DNA from: an uncultured Flavobacteriales bacterium
Lineage (GTDB): Bacteria; Bacteroidota; Bacteroidia; Flavobacteriales; UBA1820
Direction: 5' to 3'
Assembly: GCA_902478645.1 (NCBI GenBank)
Contig: CABSLV010000007.1
Location: 5,504 to 69,503 of the forward strand
DNA length: 64,000 nucleotides
The notes below the pieces were generated by a model. That model was not told the DNA's origin. It saw only the letters and a list, made by a program, of their open reading frames with translations, and did not search any database. Of the stretch, positions 22,335 through 31,494 are shown piece by piece (position 1 is the first letter of the stretch; every line of letters starts with the position of its first letter). Made by a program: the position numbers and the translations under genes.

Positions 22335-23066
22335 ATGAAAAGGATGTGGAAAAAGACCGCATGGCTTCTGGCCTTGTCCCTGATGGCGGGGACGGCGCTT
22401 CCGGCCTGCGCACAGGATACGGAAAGCCTGGTGCGCAACCTGGTGAGCGGAAAGGGAGGCAACTACCTGGACGACCAGTTGTACATCTCCCTGGCATACA
22501 ACATCCTCGTATCCACGCCCAAGGATATGAAAACCTACTCCTTTCCCAATACCCTGTCATTGGGATACATCCGCGACATTCCGCTGAACGCGCGCCGGAA
22601 CATCGGTCTGGGAGCCGGTATCGGACTCTCGTACCACCAGTACTATTCCAACCTGGCCATGACCCGGGATGCCAGCGGAGTTCCCCAGATCGCCATGATG
22701 GAGAGCGACGAATACAAGTCCAGCCGCTTTGCCCTGCAAACGCTCGACATCCCGATCCAGGTGCGTTTCCGGGGTTCGACGGCCGAGCGGTACGATTTCT
22801 GGCGGGTGTATGCCGGCGTAACCGTCTCGTGGGTCATCAAGGACTACGCCACCCTGAACAACGGCACTTTCAAAGTGCGGTATTACAACCTTCCATACCT
22901 GCAAAACTGGCTCTTTACAGCCAATCTTCAGGTAGGCTACGGAAAGTTCACCCTTCGGGCCGACTACACGCTCAACCCCTTGTTCCGCTCCTCCCGCACG
23001 GGCGACATTCCGGGACTGGGCGATACGCGCAGCATCAGCCTGGGTCTGCTGGTCTATATCCTGTAA
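22335..23066 (+). CDS. Outer-membrane beta-barrel protein (PorT/OMP_b-brl-like)
   Basis: ORF trimmed to MKRMWKKTAWLLALSLMAGTALPACAQ (signal peptide); alternating amphipathic strands rich in Y/G/L. Confidence 0.6.
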   Translation: MKRMWKKTAWLLALSLMAGTALPACAQDTESLVRNLVSGKGGNYLDDQLYISLAYNILVSTPKDMKTYSFPNTLSLGYIRDIPLNARRNIGLGAGIGLSYHQYYSNLAMTRDASGVPQIAMMESDEYKSSRFALQTLDIPIQVRFRGSTAERYDFWRVYAGVTVSWVIKDYATLNNGTFKVRYYNLPYLQNWLFTANLQVGYGKFTLRADYTLNPLFRSSRTGDIPGLGDTRSISLGLLVYIL

Positions 23067-23088
23067 CCCGAACGAAGAACTCCCTGTC

Positions 23089-23388
23089 ATGACACGCTCT
23101 GAAAACAAAACACCCGGATGGATGACTGCAACCCTTTGGGGAGCTGTCCTTTCTGTAGCTCTGCTGGCTATCCTGCTTCCGTTTTTTTCCTCGTCCGCTT
23201 CGCAGCAGAAAAGCGGAGACATCTTTACCCTGCCTTTTCTGCTGATGTGCATCGCCGGTGGGGTCGGAGGGGCTTTGTACCACCGGATTGCCGAGCAGGA
23301 AAACCCGCGCGGATGGCATCGACCGGCAGGGGTTTTGGTTTACTTGCTCCTGGTGGCAGCGGCGTTTGCTCTGTCGATGAACGTATAA
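23089..23388 (+). CDS. Hypothetical small membrane protein
   Basis: 99 aa with three hydrophobic segments (ATLWGAVLSVALLAILLPFF, FLLMCIAGGVGGALY, VLVYLLLVAAAFAL); no recognisable family. Confidence 0.45.
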   Translation: MTRSENKTPGWMTATLWGAVLSVALLAILLPFFSSSASQQKSGDIFTLPFLLMCIAGGVGGALYHRIAEQENPRGWHRPAGVLVYLLLVAAAFALSMNV

Positions 23389-23422
23389 ACGAAACGATCC
23401 TTCGCCTCTGCGTCAGGCGTTT

Positions 23423-24040
23423 TTACCACACCCATCCCAACAGCACCAGTTGAGGCAGCGCCCCGAACAACGTCCCCAAGATAATCTGCCGGACATTGTG
23501 CCGGCCGAGTTCCAGGCGCGCCATCACCACCAGATCGTACACCACCCACAGCGCCGCCACCACCGGAAGCGCGTAGGAGAGCGGAGCCCCCCAACGGATC
23601 ATCAGCACCATCGTAAAGACCAGCAGTGCGGATATGCCCATCGCATGCAGGCTCACCTTGTCCCAAAACAGCGACACATACGCCAGCAGCAGCGAGATCA
23701 CCGCCCCGTACATGGCCAGGGAAACCGGCGGGGAAACGCGCCCCGAAAGGTAAATCCTGTCGCCGGCTGCCAGCAACAGCAGCACCAGCAGCAGCGGCAA
23801 CCGCCGTTCGTAAGTCTGGGGCAAGGACAGGCTCTCGATCTTTCCGCTCACCTTGAGCACCAGCAAGACCGGAAAGGGGATCACAACCGTAGCCACCGCT
23901 ACCACGATCGCGGTATATATCGCTTCCAAAGGGATAAAGGGCTGCGGAGTGAGCAGGTAGTACAGCACCACACACCACAGAGGCATCGACATCGGGTGGA
24001 ACACCCGCGATACGATCCGCCAAAAGAGGTTCTTTTTCAT
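23423..24040 (-). CDS. PAP2-superfamily membrane phosphatase-like protein
   Basis: 205 aa polytopic protein; SLHAMG and ARLELGRHNVRQ resemble the PAP2 PSGH and SRx5Hx3D motifs (the last D is Q). Confidence 0.55.
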   Translation of the reverse strand: MKKNLFWRIVSRVFHPMSMPLWCVVLYYLLTPQPFIPLEAIYTAIVVAVATVVIPFPVLLVLKVSGKIESLSLPQTYERRLPLLLVLLLLAAGDRIYLSGRVSPPVSLAMYGAVISLLLAYVSLFWDKVSLHAMGISALLVFTMVLMIRWGAPLSYALPVVAALWVVYDLVVMARLELGRHNVRQIILGTLFGALPQLVLLGWVW

Positions 24041-24055
24041 CTTTTCATTCTTCGG

Positions 24056-25546
24056 TTATACCTGTCGGCGCAAACGGGCGGTGGGCAGCCCGAGCGCTTC
24101 CCGGTATTTGGCCACCGTACGGCGAGCCACGTTGTATCCTTTTTCGGAAAGCAGAGCGGTGAGTTGTTCGTCGGTATAGGGCGAGCGTTTGTCCTCGCCC
24201 TGCACGAGTGCCTCGAGGCTCTGCTTGATCTCCCGGGTAGAAATATCCTCCCCGTTCCGATTGACCGACCCTTCACTGAAAAAATCCTTGAGCCGCATCA
24301 CCCCGTACGGCGTATCGGCATACTTCTGCGAAGCCACCCGCGACACGGTGGAAATATCCATCGACACATCGGAGGCAATGTCTTTCAGGCCCAGGGGGAC
24401 CATGTCGGCCACATCTCCGGAAAGCAAATATTTCTTCTGCCGCCGGGCGATGGCCTGCATGATGCGAAGCAAGGTAGCCCGCCGACCGGCCACCGCGTCG
24501 ATAAACCAACGCGCCGCATCGATCTTGCTGCGCACGAAGGCGGCGGTTTCCTGCTGGCTCCTGGTCGGTTTGGCGATCCTCGACAAGCCGTCGAGCAGAT
24601 CCGTATATTGGCGGGACACCCGCAGGGCAGGCAAACTGTCCGCTTCGCAAAGCGAGACCTCCACCTGGTCGTCTTCCACACGGATGATGAAATCCGGCGT
24701 TACATCCAGCGAGGACTCTTCCTCCGCTCCCGAATAAGCGCCCCCCGGCTTGGGGTTGAGCCGCGCGATTTCCTCCACCGCCCCGGCCAATTCTTCCCGG
24801 GAACATCCCGTCCGTTCCTGGATCTGCGCATAGTTCTTTTTGCCCAACGCCGGGAAAAAGTCCGATACGATGCGCCGGGCCAGCCGTACGGAGGGCGTAT
24901 CCTCCATCTGCCGCAACTGAAGCGACAGGCAGTCCTGCAGCGAATGCGCCCCCACTCCCGGCGGATCGAAGCCTCGGATCACCTGCAGGACTTGCTCCAC
25001 CTGCTGCGGGGAGGCGTTCACCCCGACGGAGAATGCCAAATCGTCCGCAATGGCCTCCGGCGTGCGGCGCAAGTAACCGTCGGCATCGAGATTGCCGATG
25101 ATGTAGCACCCGATGGTCATCTGGTCTTCGGAGAGGGGTTCCATCCGGAGCTGGTCCAACAGGTGCTCGACAAAGGTGTTCTGTGCGCTTTGCGCTGCGA
25201 TGAAAGTATTGCGGTCGCTCTGCGGCGGGTCGTCCCGCTGGGAGGAAGTCGGTACGTAATCCGGCGCTTCGTCCTCGTACATGTAGTCCGCAAGGTCGAA
25301 GTCGTCCCGATCCTCACCGGAGGCCTCGTCTGCCCCCGCGGTGTTTTCCCCCGCTGCCTCGTCCGAAGGCGTGTCCTCGGAAGACGTTTCGGGGGTATAG
25401 TCGGCATCGAGAGCCGGGTTGGACTCGATCTCGTTGGCCAGGTACTGTTCAAAGACCAACGCAGGCATCGCCAGCATGTTCATCAGCTGGATCTGCGAGG
25501 GGGAAAAGCGTTGAGCGAGCTTTTGTTGTTGGATATTCTTTATCAT
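24056..25546 (-). CDS. rpoN: RNA polymerase sigma-54 factor
   Basis: 496 aa; N-terminal MIKNIQQQKLAQRFSPSQIQLMNML, acidic linker, C-terminal RpoN box ARRTVAKYREALG. Confidence 0.95.
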   Translation of the reverse strand: MIKNIQQQKLAQRFSPSQIQLMNMLAMPALVFEQYLANEIESNPALDADYTPETSSEDTPSDEAAGENTAGADEASGEDRDDFDLADYMYEDEAPDYVPTSSQRDDPPQSDRNTFIAAQSAQNTFVEHLLDQLRMEPLSEDQMTIGCYIIGNLDADGYLRRTPEAIADDLAFSVGVNASPQQVEQVLQVIRGFDPPGVGAHSLQDCLSLQLRQMEDTPSVRLARRIVSDFFPALGKKNYAQIQERTGCSREELAGAVEEIARLNPKPGGAYSGAEEESSLDVTPDFIIRVEDDQVEVSLCEADSLPALRVSRQYTDLLDGLSRIAKPTRSQQETAAFVRSKIDAARWFIDAVAGRRATLLRIMQAIARRQKKYLLSGDVADMVPLGLKDIASDVSMDISTVSRVASQKYADTPYGVMRLKDFFSEGSVNRNGEDISTREIKQSLEALVQGEDKRSPYTDEQLTALLSEKGYNVARRTVAKYREALGLPTARLRRQV

Positions 25547-25700
25547 ACCGCCGGCCTGTTTGCAGGGTTCTGCCCGAACCCGTGTGTACGAAAAGTAAAA
25601 ATACGAAAAACTCCCCCTTTCCCAGGCCTTTCCGATAGTTAAAAAGCGAAAGGACCCGTCAAGGAGGGAGTTGTTCTTTCCCGAACCGAACGCCCCGGGG

Positions 25701-26807
25701 TTATCGCGCGTGGCGACGAAGAATGCGTTCGAGCACCGGATACAGGTTGTCGCTCATCCGGACAAAACCCAGGTCGGTAAAGTGCGTACCATCCACCGTC
25801 GCCTCGTCGTCCAGACCGATGAGCCGTTCTCCGGGTACGTAATACAGGTTTTTATCCTCGCGGCTCATCTGGCGGAACAATTCCCGCAGACGGGCATCCT
25901 TTTCCGCCACTTCTCCCGCGCTGACCGTATTGAAGCGCACGTAGGTGTAATGCGAATTTCCCAGCAGGACGATCGGCGTATCGGGATGCGCCTTCCACAG
26001 GATACCGACGAACTCCTCCAGGCGGTCGAGCATCTGCGTGGTGCAGTTGGCCATGTTGTCCAACACGTAGCACGAAGCGTCCACCTGAGCCATCAGCCGC
26101 GCAATCTCCGGGTCCAGACGCCCGTTCCCGGAAAATCCCAGGTTGATGAACTCGCGGTTCATTCGGCGCGAGAGGATCGAAGTATAGGCCATCCCCGGAC
26201 GATTGGCACATCCGCCCTGGGTGATGCTGGTCCCGTAAACCACCACCGGTTTTTCCTCCACCGGACTCAGCAGTTCCGGGCGTTCGATCCGCGCACGGCC
26301 CAGTACGCCGATCTCGACCTTGGTAGCGCAGTCGTACAGCGGGAGGTACAGCATGTATTCCCGCATCTGCCCATCCATGTTGGAGATGAACGTGCTGGTA
26401 AACGTTCCCTTGGAATACCCCGGACGCCCCGAGCCGACGAAGATCCAGCGGCCTTCGTCCCAGGCATACAAGTCCAGGCCTTTGATCCCGGTAGGGGTCA
26501 TGTGGTTCATCCAGGTATTGTTCAGCACTTCCCAGCGGGCGGTTATCTTCTTGGAATCCGTGCGGAAGCGCACGGCGATCCCGGCCGAATTTTTGCCCAG
26601 CGCCCAAAGTTCGGCCCGGATGGAATCCTTCAGGTAAGCCGGGAGGCGGTCATAGGGGTTCTCCAGGCCTTCGGTCGTTACCTGCCCCAAACGGGGAAAA
26701 TCGGCCGCATCCACATACCGGATGGTATCCTCCGTTGCCGTCTGCCCGGCAAGGGGCGCGAGCCACAGAAAGGCTTCCACGGCCAACAAACGTCTGATCG
26801 TTCTCAT
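25701..26807 (-). CDS. SGNH/GDSL-type hydrolase (carbohydrate esterase-like), exported
   Basis: Signal peptide; SGNH blocks GTSITQG (Ser), GFSGNG and DGTHFTDLG (D-x-x-H). Confidence 0.75.
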   Translation of the reverse strand: MRTIRRLLAVEAFLWLAPLAGQTATEDTIRYVDAADFPRLGQVTTEGLENPYDRLPAYLKDSIRAELWALGKNSAGIAVRFRTDSKKITARWEVLNNTWMNHMTPTGIKGLDLYAWDEGRWIFVGSGRPGYSKGTFTSTFISNMDGQMREYMLYLPLYDCATKVEIGVLGRARIERPELLSPVEEKPVVVYGTSITQGGCANRPGMAYTSILSRRMNREFINLGFSGNGRLDPEIARLMAQVDASCYVLDNMANCTTQMLDRLEEFVGILWKAHPDTPIVLLGNSHYTYVRFNTVSAGEVAEKDARLRELFRQMSREDKNLYYVPGERLIGLDDEATVDGTHFTDLGFVRMSDNLYPVLERILRRHAR

Positions 26808-26923
26808 TTTTCTTCTGATGATTTTATCGTTCGTATCTTTTTGTTAGGGTCTTTTTCCTTCTCATTCCTTCTCATGGCCAGAGCCGCATCCAGGCGCTCC
26901 GAAAAGCGCTCCCCGTAACCGCA

Positions 26924-27448
26924 TCACTCCCCGGCGGAGGCCGCCAAAGGCTTTACCCGCAGCGTCCCCTCCGTCAGCCGGGCGATGATCGTCTCCCAGC
27001 CGGCGCAATAATCCTCCAGGAGCCTTTCGAGCACCAAGGTCGTCTTCTTATCCTCCACCCAGAGGTGTTTCCCGGGAGTGTCCCCGGCTGCCAACCACAG
27101 GTGCGGACTGCCCACAGCCAAATGCGTGAGGCTGGAGCGCAGGTTGCGGTAGAGGAAGTCGCGCCCGTTGAGTTGGGCATAGCGGGGCGGAAAGAGTTCG
27201 CTCAAGGCACGGGAAAAGCGTTCGCGCGACTGCCCTTTCGCCCGGAAAGGTTTCCGGTCGAGGAAGGCCCCCATCGTCTCGATGCCTTGTCCGATGACCA
27301 GAAAAGCGATGTCGGGAAAGCCCTGCTCCACCAGGCGGCGCGTCTGGTCGATAAACATGCGGCGTATCCACTCGGCCTGCCGGTCAGCGGTGTCGAGCAA
27401 GGTCCCCTTCGTTTCTTCCGGGGAGGCGGAAAGACCACAGGTGCTCAT
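26924..27448 (-). CDS. Hypothetical cytoplasmic protein (174 aa) with an Rx4H motif
   Basis: No signal peptide; predicted helical; YRNLRSSLTH contains R-x4-H. Its start overlaps the stop of the upstream GH18 gene (ATGA). Confidence 0.5.
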   Translation of the reverse strand: MSTCGLSASPEETKGTLLDTADRQAEWIRRMFIDQTRRLVEQGFPDIAFLVIGQGIETMGAFLDRKPFRAKGQSRERFSRALSELFPPRYAQLNGRDFLYRNLRSSLTHLAVGSPHLWLAAGDTPGKHLWVEDKKTTLVLERLLEDYCAGWETIIARLTEGTLRVKPLAASAGE

Positions 27449-28503
27449 TTCTTTTTCCCGTGTTTTTCCTCCTTCGACGGGGAAGCATCTTCTTGGCTCT
27501 GGACCTGATCGTAGGCCGCGGCTACCAGCGAAAGGTCGTCGTGGCGGTCGCCGGCGATCTCCCAGAACATCACTCCGCCCAGGCCGTTGCCCAAGGCATA
27601 GGCTGTCTTGGCCCGGATGGTCCGGATGCCGTTGTAGTACACCGGGTAAGGCGAGGGATGCTGCGTACTGGTGATCATCGCCACGTCACCCATGCAACTG
27701 CCCCCCGCACGGATGATACCGTTGTAGTCGCGCGTGTTGCCGCTGCGGCGGATGCCCGACGGCACCCCGTAGGCAGGAAGCCCGACCACGAATTTGGACA
27801 AGGGAAGCCCGCGCTGGCCGACCCAGTAGTTGACGCTCTCCAGCATCAGGTCATAGGTCGAGTGGTGCATCCCCTCCCGGGTTTCGGAATAGTCGTCGTA
27901 CACCATCACGTTGAACCAGTCCACGTAGTCGAACAACTCGTCGGGGAGCCCCGCTGTGGCATTGCCCACATACTTGCCGGGGGTAATGGCGGCCGTAAGG
28001 TAGTACTGCCGACGTCCCTCGCGGCATTTCTTGGCCAGTTCCTTCATCAGCAGCAGGTTGCCCTGTCCCGATCCGTCGCTGCCCAAGGGGTATTCCCAGT
28101 CGTTGTCCACACCCGCCAAGCGGTATTTCTTTACCAGATGCCAAAGGGCGTCGATGAACCGTTCCCGGCTCTGCGCCGAAGAGACCATCCGGGCGTAGTA
28201 CGCATGGCGGCCGTTGAAGCTGAGCATCACCTCAACCCCCGCCCGGCGCGCCTTGCGCACGAAACGGCGCAGGTGTTTTTCGTCCCGCACCCGGGGGATC
28301 TCCGTAGAATCGATCGTGGCGAAGGCGTAGCAGGCGATGTCCAGTTGGGCGAGTGAACGGTCGGGAATGGCGTCCAGGTTGCGGTAGGACGGAGCGTAAC
28401 CGATGATCCGAAAGCGCGTGTTTTCCGGAGCCTTATACTCCTGCTGTGCCTGCAAGGGCGAGAAAACCGCCAGGGACAGGAGAGAGAAAATCCATTTTTT
28501 CAT
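27445..28503 (-). CDS. Glycoside hydrolase family 18 protein (GH18-A), secreted
   Basis: ORF trimmed to MKKWIFSLLSLAVFSPLQAQ; catalytic motif LAGVDNDWEYP (DxxDxDxE); Lys-rich C-terminal tail. Confidence 0.85.
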   Translation of the reverse strand: MKKWIFSLLSLAVFSPLQAQQEYKAPENTRFRIIGYAPSYRNLDAIPDRSLAQLDIACYAFATIDSTEIPRVRDEKHLRRFVRKARRAGVEVMLSFNGRHAYYARMVSSAQSRERFIDALWHLVKKYRLAGVDNDWEYPLGSDGSGQGNLLLMKELAKKCREGRRQYYLTAAITPGKYVGNATAGLPDELFDYVDWFNVMVYDDYSETREGMHHSTYDLMLESVNYWVGQRGLPLSKFVVGLPAYGVPSGIRRSGNTRDYNGIIRAGGSCMGDVAMITSTQHPSPYPVYYNGIRTIRAKTAYALGNGLGGVMFWEIAGDRHDDLSLVAAAYDQVQSQEDASPSKEEKHGKKK

Positions 28504-28519
28504 CGTCGAGACAGAGATA

Positions 28520-29566
28520 TTATTCTTCCTTGTTTTTCCACTCGAAACGGGCGGCATCGCAGGCCGCCTTGACCAGCGAAGCCCCTTCGGTCGTGTCCTG
28601 GCTCACTTCCCAGAACATGATCCCGCCCAGACCTTTGTCCACACTGAAAGCCACCTTGCGATAGATGGTGGGCAGGCCGTTGTAGTACACCCAGTAAGGC
28701 GTGGTATGTACGCTGTTCACCACCAGGGCCGAGTCGCAAACCATGGCCTGCGGACCGTTTTGCCGCAGGATCGTAGCATAGGAGGCCGACGAGGTCCTCT
28801 TGGGGAGCCCGGACGCCAGACCGTACACCGGCAGCCCGGCAACGAACTTGCGGGGATCCATCCCCCGGCGGACGATCCAGTAGTCGTAGCTTTTTTCCAA
28901 CATCGAATACGTGGAATGCTGCTGATAAGGACGTGTCTCGGAAAAATTGCCGTACACCATCACATTGAGCCAATCCACCAGCGCGATCAACTCGTCGGAA
29001 ATGGCATCCGAACGGTTGCCCGGGTACAAGCCCGAGGTAACAGCCATGGTGAGCAGGTATTGTTTCTCCCCGCCCCGACACAGGCGCGCAAGGTCTTTCA
29101 TCAGCGCGAGGTTGGATTCGGCCGTGCCGTCGGTCGTGCGGGGAAATTCCCAGTCGTTGTCCACCCCGTCCATGCGGTATTTCTGAACCAAACGCCAGAT
29201 TTCGTCCACGAAAGCCTTGCGTTGCCGATCGTCGGAAGCCATCTGGGCAAAACGTGTATGTTTGCCGTTGAAACTGAGCATTACTTTCACGCCCAAACGA
29301 TGGGCCCGGCGGACAAAACGGGCCAGTTGTTTTTCGTTGGCCACCCGGGGAATGCCCGTGGAGTCGATCGTAGCAAAAGCGTAGCAGGCGATGTCCAACT
29401 GAGCGAGTGTCCGGTCGGGGATCGCATCCAGGTCGCGGTAGCCGGGGACATATCCCACCACGCGGAACTGCGTGTTTTCCGGAGCTACGTACTCCATACG
29501 AGACTGCGCCGCACAGCTCGAAATCCCGATCCAGCATGCGGCCAGAAAAAGGCCTAATTTTTTCAT
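28520..29566 (-). CDS. Glycoside hydrolase family 18 protein (GH18-B), exported
   Basis: 348 aa; signal/lipobox-like MKKLGLFLAACWIGISSC; catalytic motif MDGVDNDWEFP; clear paralogue of GH18-A. Confidence 0.85.
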   Translation of the reverse strand: MKKLGLFLAACWIGISSCAAQSRMEYVAPENTQFRVVGYVPGYRDLDAIPDRTLAQLDIACYAFATIDSTGIPRVANEKQLARFVRRAHRLGVKVMLSFNGKHTRFAQMASDDRQRKAFVDEIWRLVQKYRMDGVDNDWEFPRTTDGTAESNLALMKDLARLCRGGEKQYLLTMAVTSGLYPGNRSDAISDELIALVDWLNVMVYGNFSETRPYQQHSTYSMLEKSYDYWIVRRGMDPRKFVAGLPVYGLASGLPKRTSSASYATILRQNGPQAMVCDSALVVNSVHTTPYWVYYNGLPTIYRKVAFSVDKGLGGIMFWEVSQDTTEGASLVKAACDAARFEWKNKEE

Positions 29567-29593
29567 ATCGTTTGTAGTTTTTCAGAAACAGCC

Positions 29594-29601
29594 CAAAGGT
29601 A
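29594..29601 (-). promoter_or_regulatory. -7 box TACCTTTG upstream of GH18-B
   Basis: The + strand reads CAAAGGTA, 28 nt upstream of the ATG at 29566 and just downstream of the GH18-C terminator. Confidence 0.4.
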
Positions 29602-29613
29602 ACCAAAACCAAA

Positions 29614-29653
29614 GGGAAAAAAAACCCCGGAATTCACATTTCCGGGGCTTTTT
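29614..29653 (-). terminator. Intrinsic terminator after GH18-C
   Basis: A-run, CCCCGGAA ttcacat TTCCGGGG, T-run; begins about 20 nt after the GH18-C stop. Confidence 0.75.
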
Positions 29654-29671
29654 GTAAAGAAAACATATCGT

Positions 29672-31243
29672 TTACGGCAAGTCGGTATAATCGCCCGCTT
29701 CGTCGCAGGCAGCCTTGATAAGCGAACGGTCGTCCTGCGTATCCTGGCCGGCATCCCAGAACATCACCCCACCGACACCCTGGTCGATGCAGTAGCGTGT
29801 TTTGGTCTTGACAAAAGGCTGTCCGTTGTAGTAAACCGTCCCGGTGTACTTCGTGGTGGACACCTCTGCCTTGTAACCATCGGAACTTCCTCCCTGGCGC
29901 AAAATCTCCGCATAGGAGACCGGCGTGCCGTTGTGTTCCTCATCGGAGGGACGGCCATACGCGGAAATGCCGCCGACAAACTTGTATTTGGGCATTTTCC
30001 GGGTACCTACCCAGTAGTTGTACCCGATGCTCATCATGTCCAGAGCCAGATTCTTGGGGTCCATATCAGCCCAACCCAGGTAGTTGTCGTAGCACATCAC
30101 GTTAAACCAGTCCACATAGTCGAAGCATTCCGTTTCGATGGCGCTGGCTACGGCTCCCGTGTATTTTCCGGAGGTGATGGCCATCGTGAGCAGTTTGTTC
30201 TCCGCCGGATCGTGCAGCCAGGTACTCAATTCACGCATCAGGGCCGTATTGCCTTTGTCCGATCCGTCCGTGGTGCGGGGATATTCCCAGTCATTGTCCA
30301 CGCCATCGAGATCGTACGTTTCCACGATGGATTTAAGCGAAGCGATGAACTTGGCTCGATTTTCCGGCGAAGCCGCCATGGCCGCATACGAACCATCCGC
30401 GCCGCTGCCTCCGCCTCCGAAGCATATCAGCACCTTTATCCCCAGCGACTTGCAACGGGTGACAAATTCGCGGAGCTTGTCGGGTTTTTCTACCGTGAGG
30501 GTATAATCGGCATTCAGGGTGGCGAAAGAATAGCAAGCCACGGTGTACATCTGGAGGAATTCATCGGGCATGGCGGCCAGGTCGCGGTACGAGGGGAAGT
30601 AACCTACTTTCTGGAACTGGGTATTCTTCGGGGCCTTGTACAGCGGCTTTACCGTCAGGGTAAACTCGGCCTTGATATCAGGATGCTCCTTGACCGTAGC
30701 GGTGATGACGGTCGTTCCGGCTTCCAAGGCCGTAATGTATCCCGTCTGGGTGATCGTCGCTACCTCTGTCTGGGAGCTGGCGTACTCCAGCGTACCGGCT
30801 TCGGTCGCATTTTCGGGGAGAACCTTCGCGGTGATCGTCGTGGTTTCCCCCATGTAAAGGGCGTCGACCTTTTGGGTAAATTCTACCCCGGTGATCCGGA
30901 TGGTCTCCACCGTCAGGGTAAACTCGGCCTTGACCTCCGGACGGTCTTTCAGGCTCACCGTGATCACGGTCTGGCCATCCTGGAGAGCGGTTACCGTCCC
31001 CTGGGCATCGACGGAGGCTACCGTGGGCTTCGAACTGGTGAATACCAGCGTGTAAGGCTCGTCCGCATCGGCCGGAAAAGCCTTTACCTGCAGTTTGTGC
31101 GTCTGGCCGGGAGCCAGCGAAGAGGGCGTACTCGAGAACGAGAGGGAAGATACTTGCGTGAACTTGTCTTCCTTGGCGCAGGAGGTCAGCAGTCCTACAA
31201 AAGCCGCAAGACCCAACAGATACAAAAATAGCCGTTTTGTCAT
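29672..31243 (-). CDS. Lipoprotein with two Ig-like (Big_2-type) repeats plus a GH18 catalytic domain (GH18-C)
   Basis: 523 aa; lipobox LLTSC; repeats ...TVTALQDGQTVITVSL... and ...YITALEAGTTVITATV...; catalytic LDGVDNDWEYP. Confidence 0.85.
   Translation of the reverse strand: MTKRLFLYLLGLAAFVGLLTSCAKEDKFTQVSSLSFSSTPSSLAPGQTHKLQVKAFPADADEPYTLVFTSSKPTVASVDAQGTVTALQDGQTVITVSLKDRPEVKAEFTLTVETIRITGVEFTQKVDALYMGETTTITAKVLPENATEAGTLEYASSQTEVATITQTGYITALEAGTTVITATVKEHPDIKAEFTLTVKPLYKAPKNTQFQKVGYFPSYRDLAAMPDEFLQMYTVACYSFATLNADYTLTVEKPDKLREFVTRCKSLGIKVLICFGGGGSGADGSYAAMAASPENRAKFIASLKSIVETYDLDGVDNDWEYPRTTDGSDKGNTALMRELSTWLHDPAENKLLTMAITSGKYTGAVASAIETECFDYVDWFNVMCYDNYLGWADMDPKNLALDMMSIGYNYWVGTRKMPKYKFVGGISAYGRPSDEEHNGTPVSYAEILRQGGSSDGYKAEVSTTKYTGTVYYNGQPFVKTKTRYCIDQGVGGVMFWDAGQDTQDDRSLIKAACDEAGDYTDLP
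30885..31066. repeat. 182-nt block 100% identical to 32705..32886 (copy 1, inside GH18-C)
   Basis: Direct line-by-line comparison of the two gene copies at offset 1820; the flanks carry scattered mismatches. Confidence 0.9.
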
Positions 31244-31416
31244 TTCATTTGTTTTTTAGTGGTTGTTATGATGTTGTAATATCCGATCCCTAATACCCGT
31301 CTGCAGCCGGTCGAAAAACCGCCCGGGGCAGGAGATGGCTGTCTTCAAAAAACATGATTTCCTTCCATCGAAGGAAAGACTCGTATAGGTATTGTCCGTA
31401 ATTTTTTAGTGCTGTT

Positions 31417-31424
31417 CAAAAGTA
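31417..31424 (-). promoter_or_regulatory. -7 box TACTTTTG upstream of GH18-C
   Basis: The + strand reads CAAAAGTA, immediately downstream (minus sense) of the GH18-D terminator and about 174 nt before the GH18-C ATG. Confidence 0.35.
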
Positions 31425-31438
31425 AAATAAAGAACGGT

Positions 31439-31477
31439 AAAAAAAAAAGCCGGGAATTCACATTCCCGGCTTTTTTT
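31439..31477 (-). terminator. Intrinsic terminator after GH18-D
   Basis: A10, GCCGGGAAT tcac ATTCCCGGC, T7; the hairpin is a near copy of the one after GH18-C. Confidence 0.8.
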
Positions 31478-31494
31478 GTCAAGAAAAATGTCCT

